Shown here piece after piece: positions 35,699 to 52,247 of a stretch of DNA of 64,000 nt; within the stretch, counting starts at the first letter, position 1, and each line of letters starts with the position of its first letter. Under the pieces are notes generated by a model. The model ran no database searches. It was given only the letters and a program-made list of their open reading frames with translations, and was not told where the DNA came from. Source of the stretch: an uncultured bacterium (GTDB lineage: Bacteria > Desulfobacterota > Binatia > HRBIN30 > CADEER01); contig CAVWTK010000004.1 of NCBI GenBank assembly GCA_963757755.1, positions 445,783 to 509,782 of the forward strand. The letters run 5' to 3'. The position numbers were made by a program, and so were the translations under genes.

Positions 35699-37573
35699 AT
35701 GCTCGCCCTCGCATTGCTGCTGGTCGCCGTCGACAGCCGACCCGCACTCGCGTTCAGCCTGCACCTGCCCTTCCACCTGCACCTCCCCTTTCACATCCGG
35801 CGCTGGCTGCGCCGCAACCAGTGGACCGAGTTCAAGGAGCACGGACCGCGCGCCAAGCCGACGGCGGAGGACAAACACAGCGGCGTGATCGTCTTCACCC
35901 GCGATCCGCTGTTGCGCATCTATGCGAACTCGCGGCCGCAGGCGCCCGAGCTGGCCAGCAAGCTCACTCTGGTCGCCGCCCGCGATCAATACGAGCCCGT
36001 CCAGATCGGCGTCTACGCCGTGCACGACCTGACCGGCGTCACCGTCACCGCCTCCGACCTGCGCGACGATGCCGGCGAGACCATCCCCGCCGCCGACAGC
36101 AGCGTGCGCATGGTGCGCTTCTACGGCGCCCCCCTCTCCAATCGTCACCGCGACCGCTTCGGCGTCGTGCCGAAGACCCTCGAAGTGGCGGTGCCGCTCG
36201 CCGTCGCCAAAGACACGGTGCGCCCGTATTGGATCACCGTCCACGTCCCGCCCGACCAGCCCGCCGGCGTCTATCGCGGCACGGTGCGGATCGCTCACGC
36301 CAAGGGCAGCCGCGAGATCCCCGTGTCGGTGGATGTGCTGCCGATCCGGCTCCACGAGCCCGACATCCTCTACGGCACGTTGTCGATCAACCCCTTGGCC
36401 AAGATCAGCGAGGTGCTCGCCCATCCGCACACGGTGCTGCCCGGCAAGACGCTCGAGGAGAACATCCACATCGCCGGCGCCGACCCGCTACTCGAACAGG
36501 CCGAGGTGATGCTGCGCGATCAGCGGGCGCACGGCATGAACACCATCAGCCCGTGGTCATCGAAGGAGTACACGCTGCGCGCCAATGAGCCCTACCTGCG
36601 CGACGTCGAGGTCGCGATCCTCCTCTACCGGCGCATCGGCTTCACCAAGCCGATGCTCTACCAGATGGGCACGCTGCTCCACACCAACAAGAACAACCGT
36701 GCCGCCTCCTACCGCACCTTCAACCGCACCCGCGACCTCGGCGTCGCCCGCGACGTCGCCCGCTACTACACCGCACGGTTCGCCGACGAAGGCCTGCCCG
36801 GCATCATCTTCCTCCCGATCGAGGAGCCGAACCTGCGCGACGGCATCTCCTGGCTCGACCCGCCCGAGTCGCGCCAGACCATCGCGCGCGCCGTGCTCGG
36901 CGCCATCCGCGACGCGGGCGGCCGCACCGGCGTGACCTGCACGCCGGATTCGGCGAAGGCCGTCGGCGACCTGGCCGACTACTGGATCGTCGCCTTCCGC
37001 AGTTACACGCCGGACGTACTGGAAGCCGCCGCGCGCGACGGATCGCACGCCGCCATCTACGCCAACTTCGCCATGATGGGTCAGAACACCTACGCGCCGC
37101 GGTTTCTGTTCGGCTATTTCGTCTGGGCGAACGGGCTGACCGGTATGCTGCCGTGGACCTACCCGGCACAGCCGAACCGCTTTCCGGTCAACGTCGACGA
37201 CCGCGGCGAGGGCGGGCTCAACGTGCACGACGGCTTCCTCGGCATCGACGGCACGCCGATCCCGACCATCCAGTGGGAGCTCAGTCGCGTCGGCATCGAC
37301 GACGCCAAGTACCTCACCACCATCGCGGACCTCGCGGCGACCGCCGGCGAGTCCGACTCGGCTGCGGCGCGCACCGCCGCCGCCGACGCGCGCGCCTTCC
37401 TCGACGACGTCCGCGGCCAGGTCAGCCCCAGTCTCGCGCGCTACACTTTCGAGCACGGCAAGGGCAGCGACCCGAAGCCCGAGGGCGGCTGGGACGTCGC
37501 CCGCTTCGAGGCGACGCGGGCCCGCGCCGTCGACCTCCTGCGCCGCCTGCTCGCCACCACCGGCGCGCAGTGA
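35699..37573 (+). CDS. Large secreted protein of unknown function (possibly glycoside-hydrolase-like)
   Basis: ATG at 35699 gives the signal peptide MLALALLLVAVDSRPALA, followed by FSLHLPFHLHLPFH. The frame is intact for 624 aa. It loosely resembles DUF4091/GH123-like proteins, and I cannot verify this. Confidence 0.5.
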   Translation: MLALALLLVAVDSRPALAFSLHLPFHLHLPFHIRRWLRRNQWTEFKEHGPRAKPTAEDKHSGVIVFTRDPLLRIYANSRPQAPELASKLTLVAARDQYEPVQIGVYAVHDLTGVTVTASDLRDDAGETIPAADSSVRMVRFYGAPLSNRHRDRFGVVPKTLEVAVPLAVAKDTVRPYWITVHVPPDQPAGVYRGTVRIAHAKGSREIPVSVDVLPIRLHEPDILYGTLSINPLAKISEVLAHPHTVLPGKTLEENIHIAGADPLLEQAEVMLRDQRAHGMNTISPWSSKEYTLRANEPYLRDVEVAILLYRRIGFTKPMLYQMGTLLHTNKNNRAASYRTFNRTRDLGVARDVARYYTARFADEGLPGIIFLPIEEPNLRDGISWLDPPESRQTIARAVLGAIRDAGGRTGVTCTPDSAKAVGDLADYWIVAFRSYTPDVLEAAARDGSHAAIYANFAMMGQNTYAPRFLFGYFVWANGLTGMLPWTYPAQPNRFPVNVDDRGEGGLNVHDGFLGIDGTPIPTIQWELSRVGIDDAKYLTTIADLAATAGESDSAAARTAAADARAFLDDVRGQVSPSLARYTFEHGKGSDPKPEGGWDVARFEATRARAVDLLRRLLATTGAQ

Positions 37574-37581
37574 CCGAGCCG

Positions 37582-37643
37582 TCACCACAGAGAAGCCCAG
37601 AGACACCCCGGGCCTCCGTGTTCCTCTGTGGCCTCTGTGGTGA
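37582..37643. repeat. Composite hairpin element (c), CACAGAG/CAGAGA subrepeats
   Basis: Left arm TCACCACAGAGAAGCCCAGAGACAC (37582-37606), loop CCCGGGCCTCC, right arm GTGTTCCTCTGTGGCCTCTGTGGTGA (37618-37643). The outer 11 bp are perfect and the inner part has bulges. Confidence 0.65.
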
Positions 37644-37666
37644 GAGGATGCGTCACGGCACTCTCC

Positions 37667-38680
37667 ATGACCGTCCCCCTCTCCATTCTCGATCTCGCCT
37701 TCGTCGGCCCCGGCCAGACGGCGCGCGACAGTTTCATCGGCAGCGTGGCGCTCGCGCAACGCGCGGAACAGGTCGGTTACACGCGCGTCTGGTACGCGGA
37801 GCATCACAACATCCCGACGATCGCGTCATCGGCGACCAGCGTGCTCATCGCCCACATCGCGGCGCACACGACGCGCATCCGACTGGGTGCGGGCGGCATC
37901 ATGCTGCCCAACCACGCGCCGCTGATGATCGCGGAGCAATTCGGGACGCTCGAGTGTCTGCACCCGGGACGCATCGACCTCGCCCTGGGACGCGCCCCCG
38001 GCTCCGATCAGACCACCGCGCGGGCGTTGCGGCGCGACCCCAGCGCGGCCGACACGTTTCCCGAAGACGTGCTCGAGCTGCAGGGGTATCTCGGCGGCGA
38101 GTCGCGCATCCCCGGCGTCAATGCCACGCCCGGCAAGGGCACGAACGTCCCGCTCTACATCCTCGGCTCGTCGCTGTTCGGCGCGCAGCTCGCCGCGGCG
38201 TTCGGGCTGCCGTACGCGTTCGCATCGCATTTTGCCCCGGGCGCGCTGCGCGACGCCGTCGCGATCTACCGACGGGAGTTCCGCCCTTCCCGGCAGCTCG
38301 AGAACCCCTACGTGATCGCGGGCGTCAACGTCATCGCGTCGGATAGCGCGAGCGACGCGGCCGAGCAGATGGCGACCGCGCGACGATCGCGGGTCAGGGC
38401 GCTCCTCGGGCGGGGCCGCACGCTCAGCGACGCGGAAGCGGACGACCTGCTGGAGTCACCCGAGGGGCGACACGTGAAGTACATGGGCCTCTACTCCGCC
38501 GTGGGAATCGCGGCAGAGGTCCGCGACTATCTGGACCAGTTCGCACAACTCGCCGGCGCCAACGAGCTGATCACCGTGCACCCGTCCCCGACCGTCGAGG
38601 CGCGCCTGCGTTCGGTGGAGCTGACGGCGGCGGCGATGGGACTTCAGTCGGATCGACGCGCCATGCCGCACCGAGGGTAG
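37667..38680 (+). CDS. LLM-class (luciferase-like) flavin-dependent oxidoreductase
   Basis: ATG at 37667. [18 protein letters not shown]...[12 protein letters not shown]...[11 protein letters not shown] is the usual N-terminus of this family. Confidence 0.85.
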   Translation: MTVPLSILDLAFVGPGQTARDSFIGSVALAQRAEQVGYTRVWYAEHHNIPTIASSATSVLIAHIAAHTTRIRLGAGGIMLPNHAPLMIAEQFGTLECLHPGRIDLALGRAPGSDQTTARALRRDPSAADTFPEDVLELQGYLGGESRIPGVNATPGKGTNVPLYILGSSLFGAQLAAAFGLPYAFASHFAPGALRDAVAIYRREFRPSRQLENPYVIAGVNVIASDSASDAAEQMATARRSRVRALLGRGRTLSDAEADDLLESPEGRHVKYMGLYSAVGIAAEVRDYLDQFAQLAGANELITVHPSPTVEARLRSVELTAAAMGLQSDRRAMPHRG

Positions 38681-38715
38681 TCGGCTGTAGACGATTCCCT
38701 CGGTGGCGCCGGGCT

Positions 38716-38749
38716 GGCTGGCGTTCGGGCGAGTTGGGGAACGCCAGCC
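38716..38749. terminator. Hairpin between convergent genes
   Basis: GGCTGGCGTTC (38716-38726), 12-nt loop, GAACGCCAGCC (38739-38749), forming a perfect 11-bp stem. It lies between the LLM stop and the methyltransferase stop. Confidence 0.4.
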
Positions 38750-38818
38750 ACCCCGGCGCAGCCCGCGTGGGGATGCGGTCGGGGTGACTGGCGCGATGGG
38801 CGGGAGGTCGGAGGGTAG

Positions 38819-39583
38819 TCAGGCGGTGCGGGGCGCCGGGACGGATTCCTCCCGGCGAGGCAGGCGGGGGATCAACATCGGAACGCGCTGCCGGTAGGCC
38901 AGGTACGACTCGCCGTGCATGCGCACCAGATCCCGCTCTTCGAGGCGGATCGCGATCAGGATGTATGCGGTCGTCGCGAGCGCGAAGAGCAGGTGCGTCG
39001 CGGTCATGGTCGGCGTCGCCCAGAAGGCCAGCAGCCAGCCGACATAGAGTGGATGGCGGACGACGCGATACAGGCTCGGCGTCGCGAAGCGGAGCGGTGT
39101 GTACGGCCGATCCCGCAACGCGAGCCACACCTGCCGCAGGCCGAACAGGTCGAAGTGGTTGATGAGGAACGTGCAGAAGAGAATCGTCGCCCAGCCGATG
39201 GCGAACACGCCGTAGGCCAGCCCCCGGGCCACGCTGCCCTCGAGGTTCCACACGACGCCGCCCATCGGCTGCCACTGCCAGAACAGCAGCAGCAGCGCGG
39301 CGCTCGACGCCAGCACGTAGGTGCTGCGCTCCGCCGGCTCGGGAACGATGCGCGTCAGCCAACGCTTGAAGCCCTGCCGCGCCATGACGCTGTGTTGCAC
39401 AGCGAACAGCCCGAGCAGGCCGAGATTGATCAGGACGGCCACCGCCAGCGATCCCTGCAGCGGTCCGTCGATGGTCCGCGGCACGCCGACGTTGCCGACG
39501 AAGCCGATGGCGTAGAGAAACGTGGCGAAGAAGATCGCGTAGCTCGCCACGCCGTACGCAAAGATGCTCACTCTCCGAATCAT
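38819..39583 (-). CDS. Membrane methyltransferase of the ICMT/MddA-like family
   Basis: FAVQHSVMAR..FK.WLTRIVP...ERSTYVL, LINHFDLFGLRQV, LYRVVRHPLYVGWLLAFWATP.MT and LEERDL. I recall this pattern from methanethiol S-methyltransferase (MddA) homologs. The alternative start is at 39601. Confidence 0.65.
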   Translation of the reverse strand: MIRRVSIFAYGVASYAIFFATFLYAIGFVGNVGVPRTIDGPLQGSLAVAVLINLGLLGLFAVQHSVMARQGFKRWLTRIVPEPAERSTYVLASSAALLLLFWQWQPMGGVVWNLEGSVARGLAYGVFAIGWATILFCTFLINHFDLFGLRQVWLALRDRPYTPLRFATPSLYRVVRHPLYVGWLLAFWATPTMTATHLLFALATTAYILIAIRLEERDLVRMHGESYLAYRQRVPMLIPRLPRREESVPAPRTA

Positions 39584-39919
39584 GGGGTCTTCCTCCTGCA
39601 CCGGACGCTAGGAGAGCGATCGGTAAAGGGGCAGCCGTACACGGTAAGGATTGTGGTTAAATCCGACGCGCATCACCCCCGTGTACGGGTGCCCGCGCGC
39701 ATCAACAACCGTGGACAGGGCGGTCCGACCACCGACGGGTCTCTGCTGTCCAACCAGGACGACGCGGCATTCTCTCCCGACCGCCCCTCCGGCTCCCGAC
39801 CGCCAAACCTGGGCCGGTGGTACCACCGGCGCCGTCGAGGGGGTAGGCTGTTGGAATGAGACTGAAGTGCGGCCGATCGGCAGGCGCGCCGTGAATCCAC
39901 CGCAGCCGAGCGCGCTGCG

Positions 39920-41227
39920 ATGAACCCCCTGCCGACCCTGCGGCTGTACTGGGCTGAGCTGCGCTCGAGCCTGTGGTTCGTGCCCGCCCTGCTGGTGCTT
40001 GCCGCCGTCGGCGCGGCACTGCTCATGATCCACCTGGACGTTCGCCTTGCCGCCAGCCGCTCCGGCCCGCCGCCGCTCGGCATCGGTGCCGCGGGCGCCC
40101 GTGGCGTGCTCGGTACCATCGCCGGTTCGATCATCACCGTCGCCGGCGTCGCCTTTTCGATCACCATCGTCGCCCTGTCGCTGACCGCCAGTCAGTACTC
40201 CTCGCGCGTCCTGCGCAACTTCATGCGCGATCGCACCAGCCAGCGCGTGCTCGGGGTGCTGGTCGGCACCTTCGCCTATTGCCTGGTGGTGCTGCGCACC
40301 GTGCGCGGCGGCGATGAACACATCTTCGTGCCAGCGCTGGCGGTCTCGGGCGGCGTCATCCTCGCGTTGGTCGCGATCGCTACGTTCGTCTACTTCATCC
40401 ACCACATCGCCACGGCGATTCAGGCCTCCACGATCGTCGCCAACGTCGCCGAGGAAACGCTCGCGGCGGTCGACGTCATCTTTCCCGAGGCGCTCGGCGA
40501 CGAGCCGGCGGAGGACGCGATCGATGCCGGGGCGAGCATACCCGTTGGTCCGTGGCGGCCGGTGTTGGCGGGCCGCAGCGGCTACGTCCGCCACGTCGAC
40601 TGCGAGGCCCTGCTGGCATTCGCCCGCGAGCGCGGCGTGGTGGTGCGCATGGAACACGCCGTCGGGGACTTCGCCATCGAGGGGACGGCCCTGGTCTCGC
40701 TCGCCGGTGGAGCTGACGTGGACGACGCGACCGCCGAGCGCGTGAACCGGATCTTCATCCTCGACCACTACCGCACCACCGAGCAGGATCTCGGCTACGG
40801 GGTACGGCAGATGGTGGACGTCGCGCTCAGGGCCCTATCGCCCGGCATCAACGACACCACCACGGCGATCATGTGCGTCGACTGGCTCACCGCCGTTCTG
40901 CGGCGGGTCGCCGAGCGCCGCATTCCGAGCCGCGCTCGCCTCGAGGACGGGGTGCTGCGCGTGATCGCGCGCGGGCCGACATTCGAGAGTCTCACCCGGC
41001 AGGCGTTCGACCAGATCCGCCAACACGCGGCCGGCAACGAAGCCGTGCTGCTCCGGCAGAGCCATCACCTCGAGAGCCTGCTGCCGCTCTGCCGGAGCAG
41101 CGCGCAACGACATGTCCTGCGGCAGGAACTGGCGCTGGTCGCCGCGGTCGCGGCCCACAGCATTCCGCTCGCCGCCGACCGCGTCGCGATCGCCGCCGTC
41201 GCCCAACGCTGCGCCGCCACGCCCTAG
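39920..41227 (+). CDS. DUF2254 domain membrane protein
   Basis: 435 aa. LWFVPALLVLAAVGAALLM...GTIAGSIITVAGVAFSITIVALSLTASQYSSRVLRNF is the signature N-terminus of DUF2254. Confidence 0.78.
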   Translation: MNPLPTLRLYWAELRSSLWFVPALLVLAAVGAALLMIHLDVRLAASRSGPPPLGIGAAGARGVLGTIAGSIITVAGVAFSITIVALSLTASQYSSRVLRNFMRDRTSQRVLGVLVGTFAYCLVVLRTVRGGDEHIFVPALAVSGGVILALVAIATFVYFIHHIATAIQASTIVANVAEETLAAVDVIFPEALGDEPAEDAIDAGASIPVGPWRPVLAGRSGYVRHVDCEALLAFARERGVVVRMEHAVGDFAIEGTALVSLAGGADVDDATAERVNRIFILDHYRTTEQDLGYGVRQMVDVALRALSPGINDTTTAIMCVDWLTAVLRRVAERRIPSRARLEDGVLRVIARGPTFESLTRQAFDQIRQHAAGNEAVLLRQSHHLESLLPLCRSSAQRHVLRQELALVAAVAAHSIPLAADRVAIAAVAQRCAATP

Positions 41228-41292
41228 CCAGCGGCGCGGCCAGTCAAGCGACTCACGAGCCGGCCCCGGCGGAACGCCGCGCACGCCGCCGG

Positions 41293-43491
<2,199 letters not shown>

Positions 43492-43496
43492 GGGCT

Positions 43497-43787
43497 TCAG
43501 TACCACCTGCGCCTGTGGCCTTCACGGACGTCGAGGAGCTCGTCGGTGGTCATCGCGGCATGGTTCAAGCCGGCGTGCGTATTGGCGCCGACGCCGCGCA
43601 GCTCCTCCTCGCCGCCGAGGATGCGGAACGTGCCGCCGCGATCGGCGTCCAGCAGGCGCGCGAAGATCGACGGCGAATCGACGCGCGGCAGGCACAGCCA
43701 CTCGATGGCGCTGCTCGGCGACACCAGTGCCAGGACGCGGCCGTTGCCGAAAGCGGCATGATCACGGGTGGGCGAGGAGACAGGCAT
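43497..43787 (-). pseudogene. Remnant of a GH15 (glucoamylase/trehalase-type) gene: N-terminal ~60 aa only
   Basis: ...FGNGRVLALVSPSSAIEWLCLPRVDSPSIFARLLDADRGGTFRI matches the conserved N-terminus of bacterial GH15 proteins. Similarity then fades and the ORF stops at 96 aa, 5 nt before the otsA start. Typical family members are several hundred aa. Confidence 0.5.
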
Positions 43788-44056
43788 TGTCAGATCGAGC
43801 GCGACACGGAAGACCGCGCGGCGGACACCGTATCAAGACGCGGAGAGATGGCCAATCCGCGTGGGACCGTCGCTGTTCGGCCCATCGCGGCGGGCGCCGA
43901 CCCGTCGCGGCGTCCAGACGAAATCGCCGTGCGAGATCTCGCTCGTCGGGCGCGCGACGGGTCCTCGCGAGGGCGAAGTGCGGGTGCCGCGGCCAGAACC
44001 GCAGCAACGGCGCCGCGCCCGACGGACGTGCGGCGCGCCGCCGGTTCGGGAATGAT

Positions 44057-44704
44057 TCAGTCCGGCGGGCCTTCGTCTCCGACGACCTGGCACACCGCGT
44101 ACCCGGTCGCGCCCGCTGGAGTGAGCGTGCCGTCGATTCCACACGACACCAGCACTCCATGCGACGCGCAGGTGTCGGGCGCGTAGACCGTCGCGGTATC
44201 GTACAGCACCACCGACGTTCCCGCGGCGATCTGCGTGCCCGATGCCGTTCTGCAGACGGGTGGGGTGGGTGTCGGATCGGCGACGCAGCTGCAGGTTCGG
44301 TGGTAACCGCCGCCTCGCCCGCTGCCGCCATGGCAGACCCGATGCTGACCTGCAGCGCAACCGGTGCTGCCGGCGGGGACCGTGGACGTCGGCGTCAACG
44401 TGTCGATCGCGAGCGGCGTGAACGTCGGCGTGGCCGTCAGGCCCGCACACGAACCCAACGCGTTGTTGACCGCTTGAATGAGGAGGGCGACGGTCACTGG
44501 CGCACCGTCCGGGAGCCCATGTGGACACGCCGACAGCGGCACGCTGCCGAGCGCGATGCCGACCAGGGTCACGAGAGACTCGATGCTCTCGCTGCCAGTG
44601 CCCTGACAGTCGCCAATGCACACCTGCCCCGCAGCCGGCGACGGCTCCCGCCACAGCGCCACCGCGAGTGCGGAGAGCGCGAGCAATTGAAGCCGGGGTC
44701 TCAT
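44057..44704 (-). CDS. Secreted Cys-rich protein with N-terminal degenerate dockerin-like double repeat
   Basis: ATG at 44704 gives the signal peptide MRPRLQLLALSALAVAL. It is followed by CIGDCQGTGSESIESLVTLVGIALG...CPHGLPDGAPVTVALLIQAVNNALGSC, a TPT linker, and a Cys-rich C-terminal domain. Confidence 0.6.
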   Translation of the reverse strand: MRPRLQLLALSALAVALWREPSPAAGQVCIGDCQGTGSESIESLVTLVGIALGSVPLSACPHGLPDGAPVTVALLIQAVNNALGSCAGLTATPTFTPLAIDTLTPTSTVPAGSTGCAAGQHRVCHGGSGRGGGYHRTCSCVADPTPTPPVCRTASGTQIAAGTSVVLYDTATVYAPDTCASHGVLVSCGIDGTLTPAGATGYAVCQVVGDEGPPD

Positions 44705-45266
44705 CGATGGCGACTGGCTGTCCGCAGCGAGTCTGTCACCCCGCACCAGGCGCGTCCAGCCAGGACTCGGCCGATCCGCGCCGCGGCAGAAACCCCGCGG
44801 CGGCCTCGATCGCGGCACGCGTCGCCGGCGGCGGTGCGCGAGGTATTCGGACTCGACGACTGAGCCGCAGCGGCCGCACGCGATTCGCCCTGACTTGCCT
44901 GTCCGCGCCTCGCTAGCTCGAACTGTCACTCTGCCGGTGACGGGGGCGTCACAGAGGGGGAAGCATGCGTGCAATCGCGCTCGCAGTACTGGCGGTCGTC
45001 ACCGCCGTCGCCGCACAGGCGGCACCGTTCGCGTACATCCCCAACGCCTCGGACAGGAGCGTTCTCCGACCCCACCCCCGTGCTGCGTTACCCGACGGCC
45101 AACGCCGAGAGTCGAGGGTGCAACGACGACGGCACGGCGCCCCGACACGCGATCATCGGCGGATACGGCGCGGTTGGCGATCGACGCGGCAACGGCGTCC
45201 CGTACGGGGGCGAAGGGCTCGGCGGGCCGGCACCGCCCTGATCCCACTGGCGCGCGCGCCGGCCGC

Positions 45267-46712
45267 CTACACCTGCGGGCTGGCCGGCAGGTCGGTGTGG
45301 CCCATGAGGAACTGGTCGACGCCGCGGGCGCACTCGCGGCCTTCCCAGATCGCCCAGACCACCAGCGACTGGCCGCGGCGGGCGTCGCCACAGGCGAAGA
45401 CGCCGGGCTCGCTCGACATGTAGCTGTCGTCGACGGCGACGTTGCTGCGCTCGTCGGTCTTCAGGCCGAGGTCGGTGACCGGGCCGTAGTGCTCGGGGCC
45501 GAGGAAACCGAGCGCCAGCAGCACGAGGTCGGCTTTGAGGCGGAACTCGCTGCCGGCGACCTCCTGCATCTGCGGGCGGCCGTTGTCGCCGGTGACCCAC
45601 TCCAGGCGCACCGCCTCGAGCTCGGTCACCTTGCCGTTGGCGCCGATGAACCGCTTGGTGTTGATGCTCCAGTCGCGAATGACGCCCTCCTCGTGCGAGC
45701 TCGAGGTGCGCAGGATCATCGGCCAGTTCGGCCACGGCATGTCCGGCGTGCGCCCGTCGGGCGGCTGCGGCAGGAGCTCGAACTGGTGCACCGAGACCGC
45801 GCCATGCCGATTCGAGGTGCCGAGGCAATCGGAGCCGGTATCGCCACCGCCGAGGATGACGACGTGCTTGCCGGTGGCGGTGAGCTGGTCGGCCACCGTG
45901 TCGCCGGCGACAACCTTGTTCTGCTGCGGCAGGAAGTCCATCGCGAAGTGGATGCCGTCGAGCTCGCGGCCGGGCACCGGCAGGTCGCGCGGCTTGGTCG
46001 CGCCGGCGGCGATGACGACGGCGTCGAAGTCGCGTTTGAGGTCGGCCGTGGTCACGTCGACCCCGACGTCGACGCCGGCTTTGAACGTCACGCCCTCGGC
46101 TTCCATCTGCTGCATGCGGAAGTCGATGAGGTGCTTCTCCATCTTGAAATCGGGAATCCCGTAGCGCAGCAGGCCGCCGATGCGGTCGGCGCGCTCGAAC
46201 ACGGTGACGAGGTGCCCGGCGCGCGCCAGCTGCTGCGCGCAGGCCAGGCCCGCGGGACCCGAGCCGATGACCGCGACGTGCTTGCCGGTGCGCTGCGGCG
46301 GCGGCTGCGGCACGACCCAGCCATCCTTCAGCGCGTGGTCGATGGTCTGCTTCTCGATCTGCTTGATGGTGACGGGATCGTTGTTGATGTTGAGGACGCA
46401 CGCCTCTTCGCACGGCGCCGGACAGATGCGCCCGGTGAACTCGGGGAAGTTGTTGGTCGAGTGCAGCCGGTCGATGGCCGCGCGCCAGCGCCCGCGATAG
46501 ATGAGGTCGTTCCAGTCGGGGATGATGTTCCCGAGCGGGCAGCCCTTGTGGCAGAAGGGAATGCCGCAATCCATGCAGCGCGCCCCCTGCGCCTGCAGCG
46601 CCGCGTCGTCGAACTTGCCCTCCAGCTCGCGCCAGTCCCGGAGCCGTTCCGCGACCGGCCGCCGCGCCGGCAGCGCGCGATCAATTTCGAGGAATCCCGT
46701 GATCTTTCCCAT
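45267..46712 (-). CDS. gltD: Glutamate synthase small subunit (NADPH)
   Basis: ATG at 46712. [11 protein letters not shown], the Fe-S cluster ligands [13 protein letters not shown]...[13 protein letters not shown] and GGGDTGSDC. The frame is intact for 481 aa. Confidence 0.94.
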   Translation of the reverse strand: MGKITGFLEIDRALPARRPVAERLRDWRELEGKFDDAALQAQGARCMDCGIPFCHKGCPLGNIIPDWNDLIYRGRWRAAIDRLHSTNNFPEFTGRICPAPCEEACVLNINNDPVTIKQIEKQTIDHALKDGWVVPQPPPQRTGKHVAVIGSGPAGLACAQQLARAGHLVTVFERADRIGGLLRYGIPDFKMEKHLIDFRMQQMEAEGVTFKAGVDVGVDVTTADLKRDFDAVVIAAGATKPRDLPVPGRELDGIHFAMDFLPQQNKVVAGDTVADQLTATGKHVVILGGGDTGSDCLGTSNRHGAVSVHQFELLPQPPDGRTPDMPWPNWPMILRTSSSHEEGVIRDWSINTKRFIGANGKVTELEAVRLEWVTGDNGRPQMQEVAGSEFRLKADLVLLALGFLGPEHYGPVTDLGLKTDERSNVAVDDSYMSSEPGVFACGDARRGQSLVVWAIWEGRECARGVDQFLMGHTDLPASPQV

Positions 46713-46730
46713 CGTCCGAACCCAATTCCT

Positions 46731-46811
46731 TTCAACGCAGAGACGCAGAGATCGCCGAGTCTCGCAGAGATCCCTCCGCGTTCTCCGCGTCCTCGGCGTC
46801 TCTGCGTTGAA
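46731..46811. repeat. Composite hairpin element (d), CGCAGAGA subrepeats
   Basis: TTCAACGCAGAGACGC (46731-46746) is perfectly complementary to GCGTCTCTGCGTTGAA (46796-46811). The interior is built from CGCAGAGA(T)/CGCCGAG units and their complements. It fills the gltB-gltD spacer. Confidence 0.7.
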
Positions 46812-46819
46812 TCTTTTCT

Positions 46820-51348
<4,529 letters not shown>

Positions 51349-51362
51349 GTGACGTTTCCTTC

Positions 51363-51905
51363 TCACCCGGTGGATTTCGCCTGCAGAAGAATCTTGGTCA
51401 TCGACTTGCGCGACCGCCGCTTCACCGGCACCTCCGGCAGCACGGCCAGTTGGCGCTCGGTGTGCGTCGACAACACCACCATCGTCTCGGTCCGCGTCAC
51501 CCCCTCGATCGCGCGCAGGTGGCTGATCAACTCCTCGAGGCTCGAGGTGTCCGCCGTGCGCACCTTCAACAGCAACGTGTAGCCGCCGGTGACGTGATGG
51601 CACTCGAGCACCTCGGGCCGACCGGCGATCCGCTCCTCGACATCGCGGATGCCGCTCGGATGCGAGGTCAGCACGCCGATGAAGGCACCGATGTCGTGCC
51701 CCAGCTTGCGCGGGTCGATGAGCGCCCGATAGCCGACGATCACGCCGCTCTCCTCGAGCTTCTTGATGCGCTCGATCACCGCCGGCGCGGACAGCCCCAC
51801 CCGCTCGCCGATCTTGGCGAGCGGCGTCTTACAATGCTCCTGGAGCAGGGCGAGGATCCGAACGTCGATCTCGTCGAGATCAGGCTGTTCCTCATCGAAT
51901 TTCAT
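51363..51905 (-). CDS. Lrp/AsnC family transcriptional regulator
   Basis: [47 protein letters not shown] (HTH) plus an RAM/ACT-like C-terminal domain. Its stop is 14 nt upstream of the gltB start. Confidence 0.88.
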   Translation of the reverse strand: MKFDEEQPDLDEIDVRILALLQEHCKTPLAKIGERVGLSAPAVIERIKKLEESGVIVGYRALIDPRKLGHDIGAFIGVLTSHPSGIRDVEERIAGRPEVLECHHVTGGYTLLLKVRTADTSSLEELISHLRAIEGVTRTETMVVLSTHTERQLAVLPEVPVKRRSRKSMTKILLQAKSTG

Positions 51906-52247
51906 AAGGTGTACGAGGGGGGATAGTCGAAGTCAGAACTGGATTCAAGACTTCCGCCGAAGGAAATTCGGTCATTCGTGAAATGAACAGAATGAATCGT
52001 TGGTCCTGATGGGGCGCGGATGTGAGGCCGGCCGACCGCCGCCGGTTGCCTATGCGGGTTTTCCACAATGTCGCTCGCCCGCCGTGACGCGCTACGCTGC
52101 GCCGCAGACAGTGCAATTGAGGTTTGACTTAAGGCACCGGTAGAACCTACACGAATGACAGTAGGCCGAAATCGTCGGGTGGTAGCTGCCGCGTCTGGGG
52201 CGACGCGGGCAGGACGTTCGCGAGTGCAGAATCAGGGGAGGGGACAC

